From an uncultured delta proteobacterium (GTDB lineage: Bacteria > Myxococcota_A > Polyangia > Polyangiales > Houyiibacteriaceae), in the NCBI GenBank assembly GCA_963699755.1, contig CAVOVB010000007.1, forward strand, positions 32,001 through 96,000: 64,000 nucleotides of DNA. The letters are read 5' to 3'. The notes under the pieces are model-generated. The model was not told the origin of the DNA. It did not search any database and saw only the letters and a program-made list of their open reading frames with translations. A program made the position numbers and the translations under genes. The stretch's first letter is position 1; the number at the start of each line of letters is the position of its first letter. Below, piece after piece: positions 1 to 9,760 of this stretch.

Positions 1-2
1 AG

Positions 3-161
3 AAGTACCACTTGATCCATGACCTGTGGACCACCATCCCCTGGTTCCGTTACCAGCGTGTGTTCAGCGAGGTCGAATCCGAGCTCGTCGAACGGGGCGC
101 CCGCATCGAATGGAGCAAACCGACTCGGAGGTACGCACAGTCACCTCCTGAAGAAGTCTAG
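3..161 (+). CDS. 3' end of a fatty acid desaturase / carotenoid hydroxylase-type membrane enzyme (partial, runs in from the window edge)
   Basis: Manual translation KYHLIHDLWTTIPWFRY...EEV* resembles the third His box region (YHLxHHLxPxxPWY) of membrane desaturases. Confidence 0.55.
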   Translation, partial: KYHLIHDLWTTIPWFRYQRVFSEVESELVERGARIEWSKPTRRYAQSPPEEV

Positions 162-193
162 CGCGCGGCTTCAGTAGCACTGCAAACGCGACG

Positions 194-460
194 CTAAATC
201 GTGACGTGGACCACGTGGCCCTCGTACGCGCCAATACCCTCGTCGACCTTTTCGCCGAGCTTGCCAGCCAAGGTCACCAAAGCCCGCGCGATGGCGAGCT
301 CGTCGCCGATCATCGGCCGATCTGGATCACCAGGATTTCGGCGAGCCTTCCCCACGCCAACAAACTCCTCGCCAGCGATCGTGAGTCGAGCCGTCGCATC
401 CGTGACGTGGCCCTTCTCGATCACCTCGAGGGTGGCGGTGAGCGTCTTAGAAGTAGACAT
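194..460 (-). CDS. DUF1876 (Rv2632c-like) small protein
   Basis: Motif GxGxARRNPxDPxxPxIGDELAxARAL; GAGGAGG RBS upstream on the minus strand. Confidence 0.8.
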   Translation of the reverse strand: MSTSKTLTATLEVIEKGHVTDATARLTIAGEEFVGVGKARRNPGDPDRPMIGDELAIARALVTLAGKLGEKVDEGIGAYEGHVVHVTI

Positions 461-646
461 TGGGCACCTCCTCTAGGGTGCCTTAGCTTACCCGGGACTC
501 TGCGCTCCGTCCATCGGCGCGTCTCCGACTGCACGACCCGACCCAGGTTCAGCAGAAAGCCGGAGCAGAACCGGAGACGTGCTGCGCGCCGACAGACATG
601 CGCTCGAAAACCGCGCTAGTATCGTCAGGCCACGATAGGAGTCTGA

Positions 647-2869
647 ATGACCATCACGAAGCGAACGTACTGCCGCATCTGCGAGGCGCATTGTGGACTG
701 ACCGTCGAAGTCGACGAGAAGACCCAGCAAATCGGCTCGGTCAAGCCCGATCGGGATCATCCGCTCTCCAAGGGCTACTGCTGCGTGAAGGGCCTCGGCA
801 GCGGCGCGATGCACCACGACAGCGCGCGCCTCAACTATCCGATGAAGCGAGTGAACGGCGGCTTCGAGCGAATCTCCTGGGACCAGGCGCTCGAGGAGAT
901 TGGCGCCAAGGTGCGGGAGCTTCGCGGCCGCTTCGGGCCCCGGTCCGTTGGCCTCTACACGGGGAACCCGACCTACTTCAACTTCGCGAACATCTTGATG
1001 TCAGCAGGGTTCATCGAGGCGCTGCACTCGCCGAACCTGTTTGCATCCCATTCAGTCGACAACAACAACAAGCTTCACGTGTCGACCGCGATGTACGGCC
1101 GCTCGATGGTGCATCCCGTTCCCGACCTCGACCACACCCAGTTCATCATGTGCATGGGCAGCAATCCGGTCGTGAGCCAGATGTCCATGCTGCAGATCCC
1201 GAACGCCCTCGAGCGTCTGAAGTCGGTCGAAGCGCGCGGCGGTCGCGTGATCATCGTCGACCCCCGGCGCACCGAAACCGCGCAGAAGGTCGGCGAGCAC
1301 CTGTCCATTCAGCCGCAGACCGACGCCTACCTACTGATGGCCATGCTGCACGTCATCGCGCACGAAGACGGTGTCGACCTCGCGGCGGCGAAGGCCGTTG
1401 CACACGGCGTCGATGAATTCGTCGCGTCGGCGTCGGGCTGGACTCCCGAGCGCGTAGCCCCGATTACCGGAATCGATGCCGCCACCATCCGGGAGCTCGC
1501 GCGTGCCTACCGAAACGCGGACGGCGCAGCTCTCTACATGTCGACCGGCGTGAACATGGGCCCGTTCGGCTCGATCGCGTACTGGTTGCTTCAGGGTCTC
1601 AACCTGATCACCGGCAACATCGACCGGCGTGGCGGCCTTCTGGTGCCCCGCGGGCCGTTCGACACTCTGAAGCTCGCCGGGTGGATCGGACTCGGTGGGT
1701 TCAACGAGCACCGCACGCTCCGCGGCGATTGGCACCAGGTTGCCGGTTGTTTCCCCATCGCAGCGCTCCCCGGGGAAATCGACAACGACGATCCGCGGCG
1801 CATCCGCGCGCTCTTCGTCTCGGCGGGCAACCCCGTGCATTCGATGCCCAACGGCGCCGCCCTCGCGAAAGCGTTCGACAAGCTCGATCTGCTCGTCTCG
1901 ATCGACATCTATCGAAACGAGACGTCGGCCCATGCGGACTACCTTCTGCCGGCGACCGACATGCTCGAACGCTCCGACTATCCGGCCTCGCACGCAATGC
2001 TGCAGGTGACGCCGCACGTTCAATACACACCGGCCATGGTCGAGCCGAAACACGAACGGCGGCACGAGTGGCGCATCTTTTCGGACCTCGCGATCGCTTG
2101 CGGCGCCGAACCGCGGGGCGGCCTCGGAAACCTGCTCCCCCGAATCAATCAGGTGCTCGCGCGTCTTCCGGGGAACGTCGAGCTGACCCCGGACCACCTG
2201 CTGGCGCTGTTGCTTCGCTGGGGCGGACAAGTCACCCTCCGCGAGCTCAAGCGCAACCCGGGCGGGCTCATGTTGCCGCCAAACGAACCCGGATCGTTCC
2301 TCGGCAAGCGCGTCCCGAGCGAGGACGGCAAGGTGCAGCTCGGGTTGCCCGACGTCCTTGCCGACCTGCCTCGACTCGAAGCCGAAGAGAGCCGGCTGGG
2401 CCCTCGAGCTGGGCGCCTGGTGCTCATCGGACAGCGCGACCGTCGCTCCCACAACAGTTGGATGCACAGCAGCCCGCATATCCGCCAACCCGACGGAAAC
2501 CGCGCGCTGATTCATCCCGACGATGCCGGAGCGCTTTCGATTGCCGACGGAGACGAGGTCGAGATTGGGAGCGCTCAGGGGTCGATTCGGGTTCGCGCGA
2601 GGCTCAGCGACGAAGTCCGCCGTGGCGTCGTCGCGGTGCCGCACGGCTGGGGTCACCAGAACGCCGCGGTCGAACGAGCGGCTGCGCTCGCAGGCGCCAA
2701 CGTCAATGAAGTCATCCCGGGGGGCACCGCCCAAGTCGAGCCCGTGAGCGGCATGTCGATCATGATGGGGCACGCGGTCACGGTGCGCCGGGCAAGCGCT
2801 CAAGCGGAGCTTGGCACCGACTCCCGCGGCGGGGGCGTGAGTGCACGGGTCCCTTCGGCTTTGGACTGA
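647..2869 (+). CDS. Molybdopterin-dependent oxidoreductase (Mo-bisPGD family) with N-terminal 4Fe-4S motif
   Basis: CRICEAHCG...CVKG Fe-S motif, GSNP/VDPR/GNP/DIYxNETxxxADYLLP motifs, C-terminal molydop-binding HPxDA...PHGWG. Confidence 0.9.
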   Translation: MTITKRTYCRICEAHCGLTVEVDEKTQQIGSVKPDRDHPLSKGYCCVKGLGSGAMHHDSARLNYPMKRVNGGFERISWDQALEEIGAKVRELRGRFGPRSVGLYTGNPTYFNFANILMSAGFIEALHSPNLFASHSVDNNNKLHVSTAMYGRSMVHPVPDLDHTQFIMCMGSNPVVSQMSMLQIPNALERLKSVEARGGRVIIVDPRRTETAQKVGEHLSIQPQTDAYLLMAMLHVIAHEDGVDLAAAKAVAHGVDEFVASASGWTPERVAPITGIDAATIRELARAYRNADGAALYMSTGVNMGPFGSIAYWLLQGLNLITGNIDRRGGLLVPRGPFDTLKLAGWIGLGGFNEHRTLRGDWHQVAGCFPIAALPGEIDNDDPRRIRALFVSAGNPVHSMPNGAALAKAFDKLDLLVSIDIYRNETSAHADYLLPATDMLERSDYPASHAMLQVTPHVQYTPAMVEPKHERRHEWRIFSDLAIACGAEPRGGLGNLLPRINQVLARLPGNVELTPDHLLALLLRWGGQVTLRELKRNPGGLMLPPNEPGSFLGKRVPSEDGKVQLGLPDVLADLPRLEAEESRLGPRAGRLVLIGQRDRRSHNSWMHSSPHIRQPDGNRALIHPDDAGALSIADGDEVEIGSAQGSIRVRARLSDEVRRGVVAVPHGWGHQNAAVERAAALAGANVNEVIPGGTAQVEPVSGMSIMMGHAVTVRRASAQAELGTDSRGGGVSARVPSALD

Positions 2870-2895
2870 GCCACGCGAAACGGTGCATTCGACCC

Positions 2896-3055
2896 ATGGC
2901 TCTCTGGCGCAGGCGTCGATTCATTGCTGGGGCGGCCGTGGCAGGTGCCGGAGGCCTGGCGCTCGCCCTTCGGCCCTCGGATCGCGGTGCCAATCACACG
3001 CGCTACGACATTCGCCTGGGCAAGGCCCTCGACGAGGCAGGCCTCGCTAGCCCCT
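2896..3055 (+). pseudogene. 5' fragment of a Tat-exported protein, resembling the N-terminus of DSD1-family PLP enzymes
   Basis: RRRRFIAGAAVAG twin-Arg leader then ALRPSDRGANH...LDEAGLASP; the similarity stops abruptly. Confidence 0.45.
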
Positions 3056-3167
3056 GGGCGGGCGCGTCGCGCTGTGCTCGGACGGCATGAAGGAACCCAT
3101 AGCGCACGCCTCCGTCACCTTCTCGATTCTACCCGCATCCGGGCGCGTTGAGTACTAGGGTTCTCGA

Positions 3168-3776
3168 ATGGCACGACTGCTCGTCTACTATGCCCATCCC
3201 GGCCACAAGCATTCGCAGGTCAATCGCTCCATGGCGCGTGCCGCGGCGTCGGTGGCGGACATCGATTGCGTCGATCTGTATCGCGAGTATCCGCGCTTCG
3301 ACATCGACGTCGAGCAGGAGCAAGCACGGCTGCTGGGGCACGATGTCATCCTCTTTCAGTTCCCCCTCTTCTGGTACTCGACGCCGTCGATCATCAAGGA
3401 GTGGGAGGACCTCGTCCTCGAGCACGGGTTCGCCTATGGGAGCCACGGTGACAAGCTGTCGAACAAAGTCATGATGCTTTCCGTGACCGCCGCGGGCCCG
3501 GCGGAGGCGTACACGCCGCAGGGCTACCAGCACTACCCCTTGCGCACGTTCCTCACACCGCTCGAGCAGACCGCTCGGCTTTGCAACATGCGGTTCCCGG
3601 CACCGTACGTTCTCCTTTCCTCGCTCAAAGCGCCGGATGACGGGCGGGCTCGAAGGCACGCCGATGGATACCGAACGCTGCTCGAGGCGATTCGCGACGA
3701 CCGATACGATTTCGAGGCCGCCATGTCTCGCGACATCATCACCTACGACACCCTCCCCCTCCGGCAGGAGCGCTGA
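3168..3776 (+). CDS. kefG: KefF/KefG-type flavodoxin-fold NAD(P)H oxidoreductase
   Basis: YAHP...SxVN, DLYxxYP, FQFPLFWYSTP, GFAYG motifs; immediately upstream of a Kef antiporter. Confidence 0.85.
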   Translation: MARLLVYYAHPGHKHSQVNRSMARAAASVADIDCVDLYREYPRFDIDVEQEQARLLGHDVILFQFPLFWYSTPSIIKEWEDLVLEHGFAYGSHGDKLSNKVMMLSVTAAGPAEAYTPQGYQHYPLRTFLTPLEQTARLCNMRFPAPYVLLSSLKAPDDGRARRHADGYRTLLEAIRDDRYDFEAAMSRDIITYDTLPLRQER

Positions 3777-3778
3777 CC

Positions 3779-5701
3779 GTGGACGGGTTTCTGCTGCTTG
3801 CCTTCCTCTTCCTCGTCGCCGGCGTCGTCGCGGTGCCGGTCGCCTCGCGCCTCGGGCTCGGCTCGGTGCTCGGCTACCTGATCGCAGGGGTCGCCATCAG
3901 CCCGCTGCTCCGGCAGCTGCACGTGGACGTCGTGAGCATCCAGCACTTCGCGGAGCTCGGCGTCGTGATGATGCTGTTCCTGGTCGGCCTCGAGCTCGAG
4001 CCCCGCATGCTTTGGTCGATGCGCCATCGCTTGCTCGGCCTCGGAGGGCTCCAAGTGACGGTGACGGCGCTCGCCGTGATGGGCATCGCAATGGCGCTCG
4101 GGCAGACCTGGTCGATCGCCTTGGCCATCGGGTTCGTCTTCTCCCTCTCGTCGACCGCAATCGTGCTGCAAACCCTCAACGAGAAGGGGCTCATGCAATG
4201 CGATGGCGGGCAGTCGAGCTTTTCCGTCCTGCTGTTCCAGGACATCGCGGTGATTCCGATGCTGGCGTTCATCCCGCTGCTGGCCGTGCCGGAGCTGGTC
4301 GATGCCGCTGGGGTGCATGCCGCCGCGGATGCGGAGCATGCGAGCCTGAGCCTCGTGGAGCGCCTCGACGGTTCGCAGCAGGCCCTGGTGACGATCGGCG
4401 CGATCGCCTTCGTCGTCATCGGCGGACACTACCTGACGCGTCCGATCTTCCGCTTCATCGCAGCTGCCCGTCTGCGGGAGCTCTTCACCGCGGTGGCGCT
4501 GCTGTTGGTGATCGGCATCGCATTGTTGATGATCGCCGTCGGCCTGTCCCCGGCGTTGGGCACGTTCTTGGCAGGCGTCGTCCTCGCCAATAGCGAGTAT
4601 CGTCACGAGCTCGAAAGTGACGTGGCCCCGTTCAAAGGCTTGCTGCTAGGGCTCTTCTTCATCACGGTGGGCGCCGCGATTCGGTTCGATCTTCTGCTAG
4701 CCAACCTCGGCGAGGTCGTCGCGATCACGCTCGGGCTAATGGCACTCAAAGCACTCGTGCTCTACGCACTGAGCCGAGTCTTTCGCATCGGCGGGAGCGA
4801 CCGTTGGCTCTTCACCCTCGGGCTCTCACAAGCGGGAGAGTTCGGGTTCGTTCTTCTTTCGTTCACCGTGGCGAGCTCGGTCCTTCCCGCGGCGATCGCC
4901 GACAAACTCTTGCTCGTCGTCGCGCTCTCGATGCTGCTCACCCCGTTGCTGTTCATCGTCTTCGACAAAGTGATCGCGCCGCTTTTCACGGAATCCCAGG
5001 CAGCCGAAGCGGACGAGATCGACGAAAGAGGCACGGTCATCATCGCGGGCCACGGTCGCTTTGGTGGCGTCGTCAACCTCATCCTCAAGTCCTCCGGGTA
5101 CCAAACCGTCGTCCTCGACTATCAGTCCGAGCAGCTCGAGATGCTGCGCGCCTTCGGTCTGAAGGTGTTCTTTGGCGATGCAACACGGCCCGATCTGCTG
5201 CACGCCGCGGGCATCGAGGAAGCCAAGATGCTGGTCGTCGCCATCGACGACAAGGAAAGCTCCACCGAGCTCGTTCGCTACGTCCGAAAGCACCATCCGC
5301 ACGTGTACATCGTCGTGCGCGCCATCGACCGTCACCACGTCTACCAGCTCTGGGCCGCGGGGGCACGAGACATCATTCGCGAAACGTTCGACAGCGCGCT
5401 CCGCGCGGGCCGCTCTGCTCTCGAGGCGCTAGGGGTGCACCCTTACGACGCGGAGCGTCGGATCCGTGGCTATGTGATCAACGACAGGCAGCACATGCGC
5501 GATCTCGCGGAGCTCTTCGACCCCGAGATCCCGGTGCACCGGAACGCACCGTACGTCGAGCGCTCCAAGGCGTACATCGACCGTTATCGCGACGCCATGC
5601 TCGGCAGCAGCGGCGCCTTCGGAAGCCGCCTCGATCGTGGTTGGGTCCCGCCGACGATCGCGGATGTCGAGGCGGAAGAAGAAGCGGCTCGCGGGGAGTG
5701 A
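3779..5701 (+). CDS. kefC: CPA2 K+/H+ antiporter, KefB/KefC type, with TrkA-N (KTN) domain
   Basis: LGLGSVLGYLxAG, FAELGVVMMLFxxGLEL, SEYRHELESD, GxGRFG and FGDATR motifs. Confidence 0.9.
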   Translation: MDGFLLLAFLFLVAGVVAVPVASRLGLGSVLGYLIAGVAISPLLRQLHVDVVSIQHFAELGVVMMLFLVGLELEPRMLWSMRHRLLGLGGLQVTVTALAVMGIAMALGQTWSIALAIGFVFSLSSTAIVLQTLNEKGLMQCDGGQSSFSVLLFQDIAVIPMLAFIPLLAVPELVDAAGVHAAADAEHASLSLVERLDGSQQALVTIGAIAFVVIGGHYLTRPIFRFIAAARLRELFTAVALLLVIGIALLMIAVGLSPALGTFLAGVVLANSEYRHELESDVAPFKGLLLGLFFITVGAAIRFDLLLANLGEVVAITLGLMALKALVLYALSRVFRIGGSDRWLFTLGLSQAGEFGFVLLSFTVASSVLPAAIADKLLLVVALSMLLTPLLFIVFDKVIAPLFTESQAAEADEIDERGTVIIAGHGRFGGVVNLILKSSGYQTVVLDYQSEQLEMLRAFGLKVFFGDATRPDLLHAAGIEEAKMLVVAIDDKESSTELVRYVRKHHPHVYIVVRAIDRHHVYQLWAAGARDIIRETFDSALRAGRSALEALGVHPYDAERRIRGYVINDRQHMRDLAELFDPEIPVHRNAPYVERSKAYIDRYRDAMLGSSGAFGSRLDRGWVPPTIADVEAEEEAARGE

Positions 5702-5848
5702 GGGTCGCGGGGCCATGGCGAGTCGAACGAGCTCGCGGCCAACACGAGGACCCGATCTCCGTCAATCGTTCCTGGCGCCCGGGTCCGGGATGGCTGCTTC
5801 GCTGACACCGGCGTCTCGGGAAGGACCTCTGGGTGGCCGCGGCTGATA

Positions 5849-6754
5849 TTAGAAGTAGCCCTCTCGCTTGCGATCTTCCATCGCGGTCTCGGCGACCTTG
5901 TCGTCGGCCCGGCTCGCTCCGCGCTCGGTTACTCGGCTTTGAGCTACTTCGAGCATGATCTCCCCGATCGTCGACGCCGTCGACTCGAAAGCCCCAGTAC
6001 AGGTCATGTCCCCGACGGTCCGAAACCGGACGGTCGCATCGAATGGCATCTCAGTCGGAAAGCGCTGGAGAAATGGGCTGTCCGCCATCAGCATGCCGTC
6101 GCGCGCGAACACCCGGCGTCGGTGGGCAAAGTAGATCGTCGGCAACGGGATGTTCTCGCGCGCGACATACTGGTAGACGTCGAGCTCCGTCCAGTTCGAG
6201 ATCGGAAAGACCCTCACCTGCTCGCCGGCTCGGTGTTGTGCGAAGTAGAGACTCCAAAGCTCGGGCCTCTGTTGCTTGGGATCCCACTGCCCAAACTCGT
6301 CACGGAACGAAAACACCCGCTCCTTCGCGCGCGCTTTTTCTTCGTCGCGGCGGGCACCGCCCAACAGAACATCGAGCTGGTGCTTGCGCACCGCATGAAG
6401 CAGAGATTCGGTCTGGAGCTGGTTGCGGGAAGCGCGAGGCCCGGTCTCCTCGCCGACCCGACCCTCGTCGATCGCTTCCTGCACCGAGGCGACGAGAAGC
6501 TCCGCGCCCAGCTCTCGAACGATCTGATCCCTGTACGCGATGACCTCGGGAAAGTTGTGCCCCGTGTCGACATGAAGCAGCGGAAAAGGAAGCGGAGCGG
6601 GGTGGAACGCTTTCACGGCCAGGCGCAGGATGACCGCCGAATCCTTACCGCCCGAGAAGAGCAGCGCGGGGCGCTCCGCCTGAGCGACGGCCTCCCGAAC
6701 GATGTGAATCGACTCGTTCTCGAGGGCAGTGAGATGGTTCTCTCGTGAAGGCAT
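5849..6754 (-). CDS. cysD: Sulfate adenylyltransferase subunit 2
   Basis: LFSGGKDS, HVDTGHNF, GGARRDEEKARAKER, FRTVGD, C-terminal MEDRKREGYF. Confidence 0.95.
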   Translation of the reverse strand: MPSRENHLTALENESIHIVREAVAQAERPALLFSGGKDSAVILRLAVKAFHPAPLPFPLLHVDTGHNFPEVIAYRDQIVRELGAELLVASVQEAIDEGRVGEETGPRASRNQLQTESLLHAVRKHQLDVLLGGARRDEEKARAKERVFSFRDEFGQWDPKQQRPELWSLYFAQHRAGEQVRVFPISNWTELDVYQYVARENIPLPTIYFAHRRRVFARDGMLMADSPFLQRFPTEMPFDATVRFRTVGDMTCTGAFESTASTIGEIMLEVAQSRVTERGASRADDKVAETAMEDRKREGYF

Positions 6755-6764
6755 GACCGCTCGG

Positions 6765-6800
6765 AATACGAAACTTATAACGTGAAAATAGTTTCGTATT
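6765..6800. promoter_or_regulatory. Perfect 11-bp inverted repeat upstream of cysD (putative operator)
   Basis: AATACGAAACT (6765-6775) N14 AGTTTCGTATT (6790-6800) in an AT-rich patch. Confidence 0.6.
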
Positions 6801-6934
6801 TTGTGCTGTCAAGGCCGATTGGAACGCGGGGAATCAGCGCAGCGAGCGTTTCGAGTCGCGCCAGCGGCGGAAGGGCAATGTAGCTCGCCCCCTCGTGACG
6901 GGCTGACTCGCGCGAGCGCCGACGCCGCGCGGCT

Positions 6935-7255
6935 TCACATGGCGTGGGTGAGGAGGATGTTCATCTCGGTGAACCCGCGATCGCGCACGGGAACGAGAGC
7001 CGCGTAGTCTTCCGACGCGAACATCCCGGTAATCGCGTCCGCGGAGTCGAAGTCCATCACGAGCACCATCTCGCTCGGCTTGCCGTTGATCACTTCGTCT
7101 ACCTTCAGGCGCTTCACGGGCGTGCCCCCAGCACCCATGAGCAGCGGAAGCACCCCGTGGAGATACTCCTGCACCGAGGCCATCTCGTTCGGGTTCGGAA
7201 CCGCAGTCACGACGAGGGTCGTCTTTTCGACTGTATTTTGCTGATTTGCCATCAC
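6935..7255 (-). CDS. DUF1330 family protein
   Basis: Short ferredoxin-like fold pattern ending FxSxxYxALxxxRxxG. Confidence 0.7.
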   Translation of the reverse strand: MMANQQNTVEKTTLVVTAVPNPNEMASVQEYLHGVLPLLMGAGGTPVKRLKVDEVINGKPSEMVLVMDFDSADAITGMFASEDYAALVPVRDRGFTEMNILLTHAM

Positions 7256-7277
7256 TCACCGCCACATTCGGGTTGTT

Positions 7278-7295
7278 TCTGAACGATCGTTTAGA
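7278..7295. promoter_or_regulatory. Putative TetR operator
   Basis: Near-perfect palindrome TCTGAACGATCGTTTAGA between the divergent DUF1330 and TetR genes. Confidence 0.7.
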
Positions 7296-7332
7296 TACAC
7301 TAGTGCTACGAGGCTGTCAACGGAAACCCACG

Positions 7333-7935
7333 ATGCCGCGGAAGAAGAGCTACGACCGGGAGGCCCTAATCGGGAAAGCGATGGAGCTTTTCCGCGACCA
7401 CGGCTACGCAGGCACCTCGGCGGAAATGCTGGTCGAGGCGCTCGGAGTGAACCGGTACAGCCTCTACGCCGAGTTCGGGAGCAAGCAAGGCCTCTTCGAT
7501 GCCGCGCTCAAGCGCTACGACGACGAGGTTCTCGAACGGAACTTCGGCCCATTGGAAGCACCGGGAGCGGGCATCGCCGAGGTCAGAGCCTTGCTCGAAT
7601 TCTTTGGTGCGGCCGCCGGGGGCCCCGCCTCGGGTCGCGGGTGCTTGCTCTGCAACACGGCGGTCGAGCTCGGGCCAGAAGACCCAACCGGCGCCGGATT
7701 CGTTCGGCGCTATTTCAAGCGCTTGTCGGGAGCGTTCGACGCCGCACTGCGCAACGCCCGCGTGCGAGGCGACCTGCGTCCCGACGTAGACCCCCGCGCC
7801 GAGGCAAGCTTCTTTACGGCTTCAGTCCTTGGCTTGTTCGTCATGCTGAGGGCAAAGGCGCCACGCCGTGTGATCGAGAGCGCGGCCCAGATGGCGATTG
7901 CGCATCTGGAAGGGCTTCGTGTGAGCACCTGGTAG
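7333..7935 (+). CDS. TetR/AcrR family regulator (NemR/ComR-like)
   Basis: MPRKKSYDRE...GYAGTS...SLYAEFGSKQGLF HTH, GCLLCNT motif; start moved to ATG 7333. Confidence 0.9.
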   Translation: MPRKKSYDREALIGKAMELFRDHGYAGTSAEMLVEALGVNRYSLYAEFGSKQGLFDAALKRYDDEVLERNFGPLEAPGAGIAEVRALLEFFGAAAGGPASGRGCLLCNTAVELGPEDPTGAGFVRRYFKRLSGAFDAALRNARVRGDLRPDVDPRAEASFFTASVLGLFVMLRAKAPRRVIESAAQMAIAHLEGLRVSTW

Positions 7936-8145
7936 AGTCCCCCGACTGCAACGACAACCCCCCGTGAACCGCAAGGTTTCGGGACGCTAGCGGCGATACG
8001 CGGCGTCACAGAACGTCAGGAAACGACGGCTACACCGTCCTGATGACACCAAGCGTGACACCGCAGCTATTGCTCCGACGAACCGACGCGCGTGCGCCTA
8101 CGGCTGCAGCTCGAGCGCACCGACGTCGCACGCGCACAGTAGTCA

Positions 8146-8277
8146 TTACTTCGTCTGGCCTACGACAGTGGGATACCGGTCGTCGAGGTCGTCGCGTGAC
8201 GAGATCTGTTCGGTGATTCCGGTCTCCAACGAATAGGCCCTAATCACGCCACTGTCAGCGTAGACGATGTACTTCTC
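8146..8277 (-). pseudogene. Orphan C-terminal gene fragment cut at box I
   Basis: Open frame EKYIVYADSG...YPTVVGQTK* with no in-frame start; it begins inside box I. Confidence 0.35.
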
Positions 8278-8307
8278 TTAGCCCATCGGAATCAAGAGAA
8301 GCGCCGA
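8274..8307 (+). repeat. Tripartite element copy A, left half (box I plus linker), separated from its core by an IS
   Basis: TCTCTTAGCCCATCG then 14 bp then GCCGA, the same spacing as intact copies B and E. Confidence 0.8.
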
Positions 8308-8343
8308 TGTCAAAACCAGGCGTTGGTGTCCGGTGGTTGTGCC

Positions 8344-9591
8344 GGCGGTCTCAAGCGGTGGACGCAACAGCGTTGAATATCTCGCACGGTTTCATCCATT
8401 GAAGGGTTTGTCGAGGCCGCGCATTGAGCTCCCTTGCGACAGCGTTCAACTCGGTCTGAGTGTGTCGACTCAGATCAGTGGATTTTGGAAAATACTGTCG
8501 TAGCAAACCGTTTGTGTTTTCGTTGCTCCCTCGCTGCCATGGCGCATGCGGGTCGCAGAAGAAGACGCTGACGTTTGTGGCCACCGTGAATTGCGCATGC
8601 CCGGCCATCTCTTTGCCTTGATCCCACGTGAGGGTTTTTCGTAGTTGCGGGGGCAGCTGAATCACCTCACGTGTGAGGGCGCAACGCACCTGCTCGGCAC
8701 GACGCCCATCGGGTAGGCGCACGAGCAGGAGATAACGACTTGTCCGTTCGACCAGCGTCGCGATGGCAGACTTTCCGCCTTTGCCAATGATCAAATCGCC
8801 TTCCCAATGGCCTGGGACGGCACGGTCCTCGGCTTCGGGCGGACGGTCGCTGATCATCACCATGTCGGGCAATTGACCTTGCCGCTCGGTTCGTCGATGA
8901 GGACGCCGTCGAGCACGGCCCGTTCGTAAGCACGTGGTGAGTTCCTTGCGTAACGCGCCTCTGGCTTGGATAAACAGGGATTGATAGATCGTTTCGTGAG
9001 AGATGCGCATGCTGAGGTCCTCGGGATAGTCCAGGACGAGCCGTGCGACTATCTGCTGCGGCGACCAGCGTTGTTCGAGTCGCCTTTCCACCTCTTTTCG
9101 GAGCCTTGGATGGGCTGTGAGCTTGCCCGCCCTGGGACGAAGATTTCGACGTGCGGCGCTTTGCTCCGCAGACCAGGCACGATACGTCGTGCGGCTTCCA
9201 TTCCCAGCGACCTCTCTCGATATGGTCGACGGCGCACGACCAAGGTGGCTCGCTATCTGCCGAAACGAGTCTCCGGCAACCAATCGTCGAGAGATCTCCT
9301 CCCGCTCGGCACACGACAGCCGATGCGGGGAGCGAGGTCGAGGCCTGCGACGGCGTTTAGCCTTGCGACCTCGAGCGAGCAGTCTCTGTATCGACTTTGT
9401 TGAACATCCAATGGCCGCGGCCGCTCTTTCGTACGATTCGCCGGCCCCAAGACGACAGAGTACTTCTTCGTGCTCCGCTCCCGTTAGACGAATGCCTCGT
9501 TTCACTTCTCGACGCTTCATCGCTCAGCCTCCTTGGTGCGATTTTGGCTATCACACCGTCATGGCTGTTGCGTCGATGGCTTGAGACCGCC
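8344..9591 (-). mobile_element. IS30 family element
   Basis: 28-bp terminal IRs GGCGGTCTCAAGC..T.GACGCAACAGC (8344-8371 and 9564-9591); GCC direct repeat at 8341-8343 and 9592-9594. Confidence 0.9.
8351..9520 (-). CDS. IS30 family transposase
   Basis: LGRAPSTISRE, WSPQQI, SHETIY, GHWEGDL, TWDQGKEM, PWQRGSNENTNGLLRQYFPK. Confidence 0.95.
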   Translation of the reverse strand: MKRREVKRGIRLTGAEHEEVLCRLGAGESYERAAAAIGCSTKSIQRLLARGRKAKRRRRPRPRSPHRLSCAEREEISRRLVAGDSFRQIASHLGRAPSTISREVAGNGSRTTYRAWSAEQSAARRNLRPRAGKLTAHPRLRKEVERRLEQRWSPQQIVARLVLDYPEDLSMRISHETIYQSLFIQARGALRKELTTCLRTGRARRRPHRRTERQGQLPDMVMISDRPPEAEDRAVPGHWEGDLIIGKGGKSAIATLVERTSRYLLLVRLPDGRRAEQVRCALTREVIQLPPQLRKTLTWDQGKEMAGHAQFTVATNVSVFFCDPHAPWQRGSNENTNGLLRQYFPKSTDLSRHTQTELNAVARELNARPRQTLQWMKPCEIFNAVASTA

Positions 9592-9760
9592 GCCAGTTAG
9601 AAATGTCCGGCACCGAATGGGGACCATGGGGCAGGGAGCCTGCAGCGGACAGGGCGGCGAGCGGCCTGGAGAACCTGGTGAATCGCGGGGAACGTCACCG
9701 TGGGGCAAGACGGCAGATGGCTTGAGAAGGCGTCGGCAGGCATCGCGCAGGGTCGCCGTT

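Noticed and set aside
3..60. His box reads HLIHD rather than HLIHH in the partial desaturase
   Set aside because: A single-base difference in a partial gene; cannot tell variant from error or decay
7936..8145. Possible att or element end after the TetR gene
   Set aside because: Only short repeats (TGACACC x2), with no tRNA-like or matching partner sequence
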